Below are positions 24,701 through 37,419 of a DNA stretch of 64,000 nt, piece after piece (within the stretch, counting starts at the first letter, position 1; every line of letters begins with the position of its first letter). A program made the position numbers and the translations under genes. Under the pieces are notes generated by a model. The model searched no databases. It saw only the letters and a program-made list of their open reading frames with translations, and was not told where the DNA came from. The DNA lies in NCBI GenBank assembly GCA_905178155.1, contig CAJINV010000002.1:7470743-7534742 (forward strand), given 5' to 3'. This DNA comes from Amoebophrya sp. A120. Lineage: Eukaryota; Protista; Dinoflagellata.

Positions 24701-26124
24701 CCTTTGTTCCGACTCGAAGAGGTTGGGCCTCCGTTATTTCCGCCTGTCGCCGCTGCAGAAGAACTTTTGCTCGGATTGTACGGCGGGAACTCTGTGCTGT
24801 ATCTTTTCGAAGACGTCGCAGACGCAGCAGCAGCTCTAACGAAGCTACTTTGGGGCTGTTCTACCCCCGCGCCCGCTGGTGCAGCTCCGCCGCCAGTTTG
24901 TGTTCTTTGTCTTGCACTAGAAGACACAGCCATTGACTCCGAATTTTTGTTGTTGTGTCTGCCATACGTACTCGTCGTGCTGCTCGTCTTGCTTAGAACA
25001 AGTCCGGTGTTGGACTTTGTCCTGCCGGCCGAACCCGCGCTGCTGGTAGCCGCGGTCAAGGGCTCGAGTGCTAGTACCTCCGCGCAAATCATGTTCCCGT
25101 CATCGTCCAGTTTCGGATTTTGCAACGCCCGCAGCTCCGCCTCCTCGTGCGCGTAGCGGCACTTGACGCCCAGCACGCAGTGCCCCTCGGCGTAAAACTT
25201 GCACAGCTTGGTCTTCAGAAACCCGGGGGTCGCCCGCAGCTCGTTCTTGGAGTGCGCAAAACTGCACATCTTCCCCTTCGAACAGCGACCGTACTCGAGC
25301 AGTTCGTCGCATAGCTTCGTTTTCTGCAGGTCGGGAAGCACTTGCAAATCCCGCTGGTCATGCGCAAACATGCAGGACTCACCCTTCGTGCAAACGCCCA
25401 TTAAATAGAATTTGCACATCTTCGTCTTACGAAACCTTCATTTTTATAAGGCGACTTTCTTGTTCGACTGCATCGTGAAGATCAGCTTAAACGTATCTTC
25501 GCGCTGCTCTTCTGCATCGGGGAGCTTGATGTAGTTCTTCATCATCACAGATCATTCATAAATTGCTACGAAGTTCTGAAGAGAGAAGTATTGTAAATGA
25601 GAGAAGATGTTTGATTTTGAAGAACGAGTAGAATGAAAGTCTAAGTAAGCATACTGTCCTCGCTTGCCCAAGATCTCTCCATTCAGCCCGATGACCTCCT
25701 GCTCAATGCCGAGCTCCTGTTGCTGTATCGCAAGCTGGTATTCATACTGCTGCTCCCGATCGTCGCTGGAGGAAGCGGTCGCGCTCGAAGATGTAGAGCT
25801 GCCCAGGGCCCCAGAACCCGGTCCTGCGGAACCTCCGCCCTGGGAGAAGGTTTGACCTTGTTGCTGGTAGTTTGTCCTACTTCCATAGGACGAATTGTTG
25901 TATTTGTAGTTTTGGTCTTGCTGTTGACCCACATCGTGGTGATACGCCGAGGTGGCACCACCGGCTGTACCATTGTGGTCCACAAACGCGCCGTTTCCGT
26001 TCATCGTGTTTGTTCCACCATTACTACCGTAAGTGGACCCGGCCATCGCCATAGCTCCACCACCATTCATGTTCGCCGCAGCGGTACTAGCAGGAGCTGG
26101 ATACTGGTTGAAGGGCCGACTCAT
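21750..26124 (-). CDS. Tandem CCCH zinc-finger RNA-binding protein (3 fingers) with long low-complexity tail
   Basis: FRKTKMCKFYLMGVCTKGESCMFAH, LQKTKLCDELLEYGRCSKGKMCSFAH, FLKTKLCKFYAEGHCVLGVKCRYAH (C-x8/9-C-x5-C-x3-H); GT-AG introns 25436-25654 and 22143-22290; 3' end uncertain. Confidence 0.9.
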
Positions 26125-27111
26125 GCCTCGCCCAGGCGGTGGTCGTGGGCCCCTGTAGAAGTACAGCGAGGAGATGTAGAAAGACTCCGACAAGCGGGCG
26201 TGCACACTGTTCTTTTGCGAATACCAAATATTGAAATTTCAAGCGGCAAGCGAGTCAAAATAAAATTACATAAAAGGCTGGTGCAATGCGTGAGTTTAAT
26301 TTTTCTCGAATTATTTTAATTTTGCTAATTGGAATTGCTATCCTTTTTTACTTTTTCGTATTTTTTCGCATTGGTATTCTACTCGTAGTCGTAACGTGCG
26401 TTGTGATCGCCCCGTGTCATTCCCACTAGCGCCGCCGCCAACGCAACAAAAGGGAAAACCAAAAGGAAGTGCTGAAAAGGACGGAACAGATACACAGCTC
26501 AGGCACACATGGAACCACACAGAAATTAATATGAAGCACAACCTCAACACAACAAAAGACATACAAGGACTGGACGATAAAGCTAAACTTGATGAAGCAG
26601 CGCGTTCCTAACTTTTTTCCACACAGAGATACACATTGGACATTAAAAACGCGCATTTGAAGACACAATAAGTACAGAGGTCAGGAAACAAGAGATAGAG
26701 AAAATTTGGCTCCACCTTCTTATTTGCGACAGAAATCAAAAATACTTTGTGTTTGTTTCGCATATTGGAGCAAGACTGGCTGGTAGGAGATTTGGGTACG
26801 AATTTGCCTTGCTGCCGCGATGGAACAGGAACACTCAAATGTACCAGATCAATCATCTGTGCACCAGCTGATTTACACGATTCGAAGTGAAGAATTGTCC
26901 GGCGTAGCCAGCGCATTACATGCGACACACGAACGCGCAATACGTGGTGAGTACCACTGGCACGACGACTATCATAGAGAAGAAAGATAATGGCTGTAGT
27001 AGCTGCTGACTGTGCACTAGCGGCTGATCCGTAGAAGTCACACGAGGATGTCCGCCCTCTGGAATAAGCAAGCGGGCTGGTCGCCTTGCAAACCTGTCAA
27101 ATGACGTAGAC

Positions 27112-27417
27112 TATGGATGTGTCAGGATCGAAATCGACAAAATCGAAGAACTTGTGATGCATAAAATGTAGAGCACTGAAGGCCTGCATTGGGCAGCAGG
27201 CATATGAGGCCGATTGTGAGCCTGTTTTGGGGTATGCAATGCGCAGCCAGAGTAGCATGACAGGAGCAGTCTTCTTTCCCCAAACAGCATGACAGACTGG
27301 ATTTTGGTGCTCCCGAAATTTGTCATGCGCCACTTGAAAACTGTGGCTCCAACTGACATCGATTTTGTGCATCACAAATTTTTCGATTTTATCAATTTCG
27401 ATTCTGACACTCCCATA
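27112..27417. mobile_element. Introner family A copy outside coding sequence, inverted relative to 4658/5457, 306 bp
   Basis: TIR tatggatgtgtcaggatcgaaatcgacaaa / attctgacactcccata; perfect DR tagac (27107-27111, 27418-27422); interior matches the reverse complement of 5457-5764. Confidence 0.92.
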
Positions 27418-27709
27418 TAGACTTTCCGCAACTTATCCGCAAACTCCTGGTCGATGTCCGCCAAGGAAAGCATCCATGTCAAATTTTGAGTCAAACCATC
27501 GAAGGTTACCTTCGCATGCAAAAACTCTATCTAGTAGGTACTGTGCAAAGCATCCACGGAAACTTGTGTTTCCGTGCTGCAGAGCAGATAGAAAATTCAG
27601 CTAAGTAAAAATCACAGCTTCTCTATGCGCGGCGCGTCAGAGCAGGTCACCGCGCTCGAGAGCTTGGGGCTCTTCACGCTCGCCTGCACGACAAGCAGCT
27701 TTATTGTTC

Positions 27710-30700
27710 TCAATCATGCGACATTAATGCACGCCAGCCGCTACTGCTCACGCTCTCCCTCGCGGCATCTCGTATATGCAAAACATCATATTGTGTGCCC
27801 TCATTTTCCGTCGACTCAAAATTCCACCCCATAAAAACCGACTCTCTTCCGCCCCCCGACGCCTTCTGTTCCTCCTGCACAACCGTGCCATCCTGGCCCG
27901 TCCTCGGTTGTTTTTCCAAGCGAAACTCTGGTTGCAACGCTTGCTCTTCCGCTGCAAGAACCCGCTGATGCAGAGAAGGTCTGAAAAACATGTCGTGAAA
28001 GTTGCTGCCGAGATTTTCATCCGAGAAAAGCTGTTCTGCCGGCCGTGTCGTGTAATTCATCTTTTTGTTTGTGTCGTCCCTATTTCGCACCATTCGCTCA
28101 CTAGCTGTTGCTGTGCCAGCACCACTTGTTTCACCATATTTCCATCCGTCCGCTTCTTCGTCCGCCCTGCGCATTTCGCCGAATCGGCTGCTCTCGACCA
28201 GGTAGCTGAGTGGGTAGAGCTCCAGAGATTCGGAGTCCATGTACAAGTCGTCCACTTCTGGCTGGATCACAGCCTGTGTAACGGGCGACACAAACTGCGA
28301 ATTGCTGCGGTTGCACTTCGGAACTTTCGCCTCCAGAAACGTCCGCAAAAACTTCAGCTGAGTGGGGCAACCAGTGGTCGCGATGAATTGCTGGGGCCGC
28401 GGGGCACCAGCACCCGGCACTGCAGAAGAACCTCCACGACCTGCAGCAGCAGGTGCAGTCGTTGCATTCGGATTCGCGCCCGGCGACGCGGACGACACGG
28501 CACCTGCGCTCGACGAAGCTGGTGGTGCACCAGATGCTGGCGTAATACCAATTTCGGACTGCAGCTGCCCTGCGGATGACGTTGAGGCAGCTGCCCCACC
28601 TCCCGTAACTTCCATTTCATCTCCCCCGATTTCCGGAAATTTCAGGCAGCTCCAGTCGATTTGTCCCGGAAAATTATTCAAGGAAGAATTACTGCTCGAC
28701 GAAGACGTTTGCAGCTCCAGGCGTCTTGCATTCTCCGCTTCAATCGCTTTTTCGAACTTTTCACGGTACCGGTGTGGCAGCAGAGCTTGTAAATTCTGAC
28801 CAGGCCCCGCCCGACGCCGTGTGAGATACTTTTGTGCTGGGGACAATGTCGTCGGAGTGGCACCACCTCCAAACACCGCAGACTCTGCAGGGACCGATGT
28901 GCTGCCAAAAAGTTCTTCACTGGTGGGAAGGTTCAGTAAAGAGGCCACGTAAGACTCCTTGAACAAGGAAGAACCGCTGGCAGGAAGAACGCTTCTCTTT
29001 GATTTTTGCTCCGTGCAGCTGATTATTTCCAAGCGGACGCGGTCTTTCCGCTTCATTTTTGTCTCAGTTTTATTTGCAACGGCCGGTCCTCGCGATGAAG
29101 AGGACTTTTCAGCTTGAGCTTGAGCTTGCCCATGCGCAGGCCCACCACCTGTAGATTTAGTTCTCCCTGTAGGTTTTTGCTGCAAGGCTTTCCGACCGAT
29201 GCCCGTTTCCGCGTCGAACTTGAGCAGCAATGGCCCGTGACTCCCGGCCACCACGCCAAGCCGCCCAGCTGCGGAGGTGCCAGTATTCATTTTGCGGGTA
29301 GAAACTGCTACAGCAGGAGGTCCTTTGCTTTCTTGGTCTACCGGGCTCGATGCCGCTGCATGATTTTCGCCCTCGTTTCTGCTTTTGTCTCCCCCTTTCC
29401 GAGAAGAACCGCTACTAGATTTCACGCCTTTACTGTGGCCAAAACCCGCTCGTCCACTACCTCCGCTGCTCTCGAAAACAACTGTGTTTGACTTCCCACC
29501 TCCGACCGGCGCAGCCGCAGCCAAGGAGGATGCAGCGGCCGCAGTCGTGTTTTCTAAGGCAGCTGCTGCGACCGGTGCAGCCGTTACGGACGATGCGGTG
29601 TTCCACGTGGCCTGTTGCGGAAAATTGACCCCCTTTCCGCCCCCGCTAGCTGCTGATGGACCCATGACTCTGCCTCCGGCGGCGCTCGTCTGCGACAGAT
29701 CTGCCGTAACGCCTAGATTCATCTGTTGTTGTAGCTGCGGCTGCCACGGACCACCAGCCGCGGCAGCTGCGCCTGCTGGTGGTTGCCAAATAAATGACGC
29801 ACCGGCGCTGCCACTGGGTTGATATCGCGTGCTTGCTGCACTCGCGCCGTAAAAGGCCATGTCGCTTACGTCATCACTCCTTGTTGCGCTTCGCTGCACG
29901 ATCATGCTGTTTGCGCCAGCGTGCTGCGCCAGCATCGAGGGATTGTTGTACACAGCGAGCGTTGTCGTGGTCGCACTGGCAGCTGCGGTGGAGGCATCTG
30001 GAGTGGTATTTGAAGCTCTAGCCGTCGCACTAGACGTCCCACCCTGAGAATTCTCTCCTGCCGTTGAGGGCGGCCACGCAGCGTAGGAACTGCCGATGTT
30101 CGACGCATTGTAAACGTTCCCGCCGACTCCGCCCTTGTAGCCAAGGGAGCCTTGCTGCCCCTTGCCCTCCGCCGCAGCTCCACCGCCCTTTGAAGTAGTT
30201 GCAGACGTTGCCGAAGCAATTCCACTTTGTTCGCCTGTTGCACTCATCATTCCACCGCCTGAGGTGGAAGAGTTGGCGGCAATTCCTAGGTATTTCCCGC
30301 CTTTCCCGGGACCGGCGCCGAGCCCGAGGACGCTTGCGCTATTATTTCCCGGACCGCCTTTGCCACTCCCCCCAAAGGCGGCCTGTTGCTCGACGGGGGG
30401 CTTCTCGGCGTGCATGGTGACCAGCCCATTCTGGTTGCACAGCGCTATCAAGCCCGACTCGCAGAGAATCTCGAACAGGTGTTTTTTCGCGGACAGTGCA
30501 TGGTAGTTCCGAAAACAGGACGAAAACATCTCTTGGATCTCCTGTAACCGATCACTCTTCAAAAGGTAAGCGTACCTCTCCGGAACGGAAACCTCAGGGG
30601 ACAGATGATGACGATCATGATCCGTGTGCAGTACCACGTTGGTTCCTCGACTAGCTGTAGTGCTGTGCACCCTACTGAGGCCCGCCTGGCGCTTGCCGTA

Positions 30701-33455
30701 CGAATTCGTCGGATTATCTTCGTCGTGCTGAAGGGTCGATGTAGCTGCGCTGTCCTGGGGAGGAATGTAGTCACTTCCCTCGTAAGCTGCATCATTGTTG
30801 CTGAAATTTTCGCCCCACATAGATGCTGGATCAGTCACTCGTCCCATGTTCATCGCTAGCAAAGGTTGCGTCTGCTCCTCCTGCGAGGCCGAAAGGGGAT
30901 CGTTCAATCGGCGCACCACATCGGCGTAAGTTGTAGTTCGGCTACTGCTCATCTCACCGCCTGGAGCTCCAGCTGCAGCCGAGACCACCTGCAGGCCTCC
31001 TGAGGAGGTAGGATCTACTTTATGTTCCTGATCCTGGCCGCCCAGAGTTGTCACCTGTTGACTTCTCGTCCCCCGTGACAGGTACTCCTGGAATCGTTCT
31101 GCAGAGTGAAACTGCGAAACAAGCGAAGGACAAAACAGGTCCACTGCCTTTCTCCGCAACTTCTTTCTGTTTGTCGGGGATTTTCCCTCGGCCGCGTGCT
31201 TCCTGTCGGGCTCCTGTGCAGCTTTATGTCCTTCCCGTTCGTTTGCGGCGCCCCTCGAACTCGATGGATCAGCGTCGGCTCCTTTGTGTTCCATATTATC
31301 CTCCGTTTCCACGAGTGGCGGCGGTGTTGGCGGTGCCCGCACGATCAATGGGCTTGGCAGGTTTAAATCAACAAATTTCGCTGCAGATGAAGTTGCTTGT
31401 GCGTCTAGCTCCACATCATTCCTTCCCTCGAACTCCGCGTCCTGAGCACTCGCAAGTACTTCTTCTCTGGTCTTTGCATTCTTTCCCCCGATGCTCCCCG
31501 TGTCTCGGCCTTCCAGTTGTTCCATCCAAGAAGCATGCTCGTCCATATCTTCGTCCACATCCACTTCCAGCTCAAAGTAAGGAGCCGCTTCGCGAATCAG
31601 GAACAGCAGCAGACCCAAGCCATTCGTGATCAGCTTCTTGGCTTCATCTTGAGGGGCAGCATGATCATGTAGCCTCGAGCTCGTCTCCACCTCGCGATGC
31701 CCCGGCCCACTTGCAGTCGTCGTTCTCTGCTGGGACGATGTGATTCGTGCGGGCTGTGTGTTGCCTGCTTCTGCAGAGGCACTCGCGCTTGTCCTCTGCT
31801 GGGAGGTTGATGCAGCAGAAGCAGGTTGGTGGCCCCCACTTGCTGTGATCGCATTTGACAAGGTTCCGCCCCCTTCCATTCCTGCCAGGAGGCCTCGCAG
31901 CTCTGCAATGGCGGCTTCCGCTGCCTTCAGCACGTCCAAAGCGGGATTCATGTCTGCGGTGTCTGCTTTATCGTCGTGCAACGAGCTGCTTGTGCTTCCC
32001 GCTGCTGCTGATACCACGTCTGGCGTTCTTGCGCCTTTGCCCATTTCCGCTTCTGGGGTCTCGTCCTGTTCCAGCTCTTCGAAGCTTTTTTTCCAACTGG
32101 AAAACAGCGTTCGCAAAAATTGCTCGATATGCAGGGCCGCTAGTAAGAGCTTGATAGAAGAGGCACAGGCAGTGGTCGAACCAGAGCTCGCGTAATTATG
32201 CCTATCCAACACTACTAGAGAATTATGCGACGGCGCTCCCCTGCTATTCTGCTCGCCCACGGCGGTCGCGGCAAGAGAAGACAGCTCCGCTTCCTCCGCC
32301 AGTGTTTTCTTGCACCACTCAATCGCGGGCTCCAGGTTCTGCTTTTTCAGGTCTTGCAAAATTTGACTCTGCTCGATCAGTAGTTCCACGTCCGTCAAAG
32401 CTTCTAGCAACGATGTGGCGCCACTCGGCGCCTCCTTGTCGTGCCCCGGCGAATAAATCCCTCCATCTGCTGCAATTGTAGCATTCTCGGCGAGCATCTG
32501 CCGCGCAGTGTCCGGGTAGCCTCGTTCAGCAAAGTACTCCGCCGTAAGACGCAGCGCCGCGAGGGTCGCAGGGGTACAACTGCTGGCGGATTTTTTGGTG
32601 CCCTTTTGGTCGGTATGGATATTTTTGTGCTGCGAAGCAGGAGCTGCGTCATCCACCTCGTAGGATGTTGAGGCCGCGTAGTTATTCCCCTTCATGCTGA
32701 GTGCGATCAAATGGTCCAGGCGTTGCGTAATTTTAGAAACCGTTTTTTCATCGGTTTTCATTTGTTCAATATGCTGACCCTTCAACATTTTCAACTTCGC
32801 TACGATTTTTCCAATTCGCGTTTGTGCCTCGGCCGCTGTTGCAATGCCCTTGGTTACCTGTGCAAAAAAGTTGTTCGTCGGTTTCCCACACGAGGTGGCC
32901 GTGGCATCTACCCACGACGGGTTTCGGGCAATGGAACAGCTTCCCACGCAAGGTGGTAGATAATTCCCTACCAACGGGCCCCGTTGGTTGTAGTGAATTA
33001 AATCGACAAGAAAAGGAAAAACTGACTAAGTTGCGTAGAAGGTGTGATTAATTTTCGGAGTTTGCGGGCATCTTCACACTATCGTGTTATTTCGTGAACA
33101 AAATAAATGACGACTTTCGTATACGAGCGTCATGGTCAACGTCAACATACTTTTACTATACTGCGAAGTAAAAGAAAAACACTCAACAGACTACCTTTTC
33201 CTGTTCAAGGTAGCCCTGAATGTGCCCCAGGTTGCGATGATGGTTTTGCAGTTGGATTTTGAAACTGCGACTGAGCTGCTCCGCAGGTACGCGCAACAAT
33301 GAATATTCGTATTTACTGTCGGCTTCAATCTTGCGGCTCTCGGAGATTATCTGCTCAGCAGACGGCATTGCGAGCTCATGGTCTTGCCCATCCACCTGCG
33401 TTGTGTACCGCTCATCAGCGAGGACACTGGCAGAAGACGGAAAAAAACGTGGCAT
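27710..33455 (-). CDS. MAEA: MAEA/Gid9/Fyv10-like CTLH E3 ligase subunit, greatly expanded
   Basis: YEYSLLRVPAEQLSRSFK (N-terminal motif), coiled coil ending ITQRLDHL, LisH LTAEYFAERGYPDTARQML, CTLH DVELLIEQSQILQDLKKQNLEPAIEWC, CRA YAYLLKSDRLQEIQEMF...LCESGLIAL, degenerate C-terminal CP...KVPKCNRSNSQFVSPVT; GT-AG intron 32858-33194. Confidence 0.8.
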
Positions 33456-34942
33456 CTTGGAAAAAAACGCGAATTTCTCAATTCCCGCCAGCACGCAGCT
33501 ACTCCTGCATCTAGAAACGATCAACCTTCATCAAAATATGTTTCGCGAATTAACAAAAATGTTGACCAACAAAAAAATATTTTTCTCAACAGTTGTCCGT
33601 ATCCGGCGAATTTGTCTTTGCTTCATGTCGACTACAAGCCGACGCACTTTATTGCGGTTAGCTACGCGTGCGGTCGTGCAGCGCAGGTGCCATGTTTCCC
33701 AAAAATTACGCTGCACCTTTATTCGCAATTCCACCACCCTCTCCTACGGGAAGTGCTACATTTTTGATGTAAAGGCATCTGATAGTGATACCACATATCA
33801 CAAACTGGGTGGACTGAAAAGAACGAGGGATTCAAAATGATTTGGAAGAAGCCGCCGGCTTCACACGATGAACCACGAAGTGACGACAGATAAAAAAAAG
33901 GATCGCTCTTCTTTTTTCTATGTGAGACTCGTCCTTGAAGAGAAGTCACGACGGCGGATCAATGAAGATGATCCTCTTTTACGTTCAGCGTTATTTTGCT
34001 TAGACATAACCTCCAGTAGTTCTCGAGAAGTAAAATGATGTAGTTCAGGATGTAGAAGCTCTTTTGAAAACACAAGGGCATGAGGGGGAAGCAAGTTCAA
34101 GTTGATTCCCACGCTATCCACCACAGACAGTAGCAAGCTGTGGCTGCACTGTGAATATTAATCGGGTCGTCCTCCTGCACATGCCGTGGTGCTTTTCAAT
34201 TTCTACACTTATTTTGCATGTCCACACACCATGCACCGGTGCAAATGGGAACTGAGTGATGTTTTGCACGCGGCTGCCAAAATCTATCTCATAATTGGTA
34301 GCTCCACCGAAGGAAGCTAGGGAAAATCCAAATTGATGTAGTTCCCGTTCGAAAACATACAAAAAAGTCAAAGTGCGACGGATGCAACGGAAAATAAATC
34401 GATGAGCCTTCTATTTTTGCTACCAAAGGGATCATCTCCCTTGTGTAGCACTCATGCGTTTTTACGATCAGCATCCATCGGTCTGACTTGCAGTGCCGTG
34501 GAGAAATATGATCGCGCAAATGGTAAATCAACACTGGAAATATCATTAATTTTCATCTTTTCGTGTTAATGTGCCATGATGATGAAGGTCACCTTCACTC
34601 GTAACGTGCGTTTCGTGTACGTCTTCCGCTTCCTCAAAAAATAATCACACTTGCTGCAGCAGTGTGATATTTACTCCCCCCACAGATCAGCCGTCCGGTC
34701 CTGTACAAGGTCTGTCAGAGTCATTGCAGGTGCCTCAAGTCAAAAAAACGGACGCCATTTTTGCCGCGTCTGCTGTCCCGCGCCTTTTTCCCCAACAAGT
34801 ATGACGCGTCCGCGTCGGTGAGTCGTCTGATGAATCTCTCGCACCCCTGGCATGCGAAACCGCGTCCTCCTGGAGTACCGACAAGAAGCTGCAGGATGTT
34901 CACTCTGCCGTCCGTCGCTTTCGCCCTGCCGCATACACCGAA

Positions 34943-37419
34943 TCACGTCAAGCTCGTCCGAAAGAATGGAATCCAGCCCCGCACCGTCCTACGCACCCAC
35001 CCGACGTCACTCCCGTCGATGCCGCAAACGCTTGCTGACGGTGTGTGTTTCGTGGGGTTACCGCAAGGGGGGCTGGTGGTCGGGCTAGTAGTACAGGTTG
35101 TACTAGTGCAACTTGTGTTGCTATTCGTCGCGTTCCCGTTGCCGCCCCCTCGCTTCAACTCCTCGACGTTCAGTGCGACCTTGTCCTTGATCTCCGTAGC
35201 TTTCAACTTCAGTCTATCATATGTAACAACGTCCCCAACTCCCAACCCCAAGACTTGTCATGCATAAGCATAAGCTGTGTTTCACGCGTAGTCCCATGAC
35301 GAGCGGTTTCTCATGCTGTCTGGGACTTTTACAGCTTTTTCATGCAGCTCTAATCAGCGTAAGACGCTAGATTTTTTGTGATTTGACGTCACTAGCCATC
35401 AAACACGACGATACTAGGGACCCAAACTTATTACGCGTGACTCCTCAATCTTCTCCATTCTTGTAGTTCGCAGGGTCGCCATCTTGAACGCTCTGGTGAC
35501 TGTACCTGTAGGGACGTTTTCACACAGGATACAGTTCGTCCTTGAATTCCGACGTCTTTTCCTTCCATTCCGCAGTTCTCAGCCGCAGCTCGTCGACCTC
35601 GTGGGAGACTTTGGATTTGATTTCATCGACCTCGTGGGACACTTTGGACTTGATCTCCGTCACTTCGTGCGAGACCTTCTCCTTCAGTTCGCAGGACTTC
35701 AGATCCACGTCGTGGAGAATCTCCTCGGCCTTGTGCGTGATTTCCTCGGCCTTGTTGGACAACACCCGGACGTATCAAACGTAAAAGTGTCTGGGTCTGG
35801 AAGATTCTGAGATTTGTCATGCATGTTTTGCATCACCCAGGATGTCTGTAATGCACGACCGCGCATCACAGATTTTAAGCTGGCTTCCTGATGCCTACTC
35901 CGCATGACAAACGCCCTCCCCGCGTAGCACAAACTAGACTCCTCTTGCTGGTCATGCAATGCAGATTTTTCTAGAGTCCAAATTTAGCATCACAAGTTCC
36001 AATGTTCCAGACCCAGACATTTTTACATTTGATAGGACGAAATCGTCGGTTTTCTCCCGGGTTTTCTCCTTCAGAAAGCTCGCCTCGTGCTGCATCTCCT
36101 GCAAAAAGTGGTCCCACTGCTCCCGGGGGATGAAGCCGGGGCTGGTTTCCCGGCTGGTGAACTCGATTTTTTCCTTCATCACCTCAAACCCGATTTTCGC
36201 CTTGTCCTTGGCGCGATTCAGAAACTGGTTCTCCAGGATGCCCTGCAGGTAACTCGTGCCCATCCAGCTGGAATACGTCGCCGCGGGGGAGGCAGTTGTT
36301 GAACTGGAACCTACACTAGAAGTAGCAGCTGCTTCACCACCTGCCGCGGTCGAGCCGCCGCCTTGGTCGCATGCTTGCGGCATCTTCAACCTATCGCTGC
36401 CACTAGTACTGGCGCTCGACAAAGTTGTTGTATAAGCCGCTGACGAATCTTCTCGTCCCGCGACTAATCCTGCAGCACCAGGACCTGGCGCTGAAGTCGA
36501 CTCTGCAGGTATGGCCGAGCCTGCCGGTGACGTTGTTGTGATTTCGGTCGTAGCAGCTCCTATGGTCCCTGCCGCGGCCCCCCTCGCAGCGGTTGATGTC
36601 GCGGTCATTGCAGCTGCGGACCCGGACGTGGTCGCTTCTGCTCCAGCAGATGCATTTCGAGGACTTCCGTTGGGAATAATGCAACTAGAGCTGCTGCTGC
36701 CTCCGCTCGAGCCGGTCCCAACCATCGCTGACGCCGTGTCCGGCTCGCCACCGGGTAGTTTCACGCGGATGCCGATGCTTGCCTGGTACAACGTCTTCGA
36801 GGGGTCGTCCGGGTGAACCGAATAGGTGCAGGTCTCCTCGGTGCGAAGAAAGCGCAGCAGCCCGAGATTCCGACTTTCGAGCGTTAGCGTCTTGTTCTTC
36901 ATATCCACCAGCGTGTCCTCGACGGCCAACCCGCGCATCTAATCAGGGTTTACAAGAAGTACAATCGCTGGGAGAATTTAATTTCAATTTCGCTCGACGT
37001 ACAAAGAACTACGAAAACACCAGAAACTGCATACTGTGACACATCTGATCTACGACGCAAAATTTCGAAAATGTTGGCAATGTGTGGAAGTGGAGAGAGG
37101 CACGATCTCGTTCTAGCCTGCTCTTCAAGATAACCATGCTATTATTTTTTTCATCTCGCGTTCTACTTCATCAACCCGAGGAGTTGACAATCTATATTAC
37201 CTTGCATCCGAATAGCTTCTCGATCCACGAGGGCATGGCATACTCCAGCGCCAGGAGTCGCCGGGTCCGCAAAGTTTGGTTCTCCGCGTCGACTTCCCGC
37301 GCGATAGGGTCGACGGACTTCACGTTAGGCGCCTGGGCGTTCGGATACTTTTGCCAAAAAGCTGCAGTGACATCCTCCCACCGGCTCTCATACACTTTCG
37401 TCTCTTCCTTGTACTTCAT
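34943..37419 (-). CDS. PRELI/MSF1 (Ups/Slmo-like) lipid-transfer domain protein with C-terminal 11-mer repeats
   Basis: WEDVTAAFWQKYPN...VKSVDPIAREVD...LRTRRLL...PSWIEKLFG, then EDTLVDMKNKTLTLESRNL...EETCTYSVHPDDPSKTLY; GT-AG intron 36939-37200; two IEs removed in frame. Confidence 0.88.
35215..35531. mobile_element. Introner element, 317 bp
   Basis: TIR tatcatatgtaacaacgtccc vs tatcctgtgtgaaaacgtccc; DR cagtc/cagtt; removal gives FKDEL-KLKATE. Confidence 0.82.
35581..35680 (-). repeat. Three coding 33-bp tandem repeats (KVSHEVxEIKS)
   Basis: KVSHEVTEIKS KVSHEVDEIKS KVSHEVDELRL in ORF 35520-35765. Confidence 0.85.
35773..36034. mobile_element. Introner element family C, 262 bp
   Basis: 34-bp TIR (31/34) tatcaaacgtaaaagtgtctgggtctggaagatt; perfect DR ggacg; removal gives TDDFV-RVLSNK; homolog of 44594-44861. 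Confidence 0.92.
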
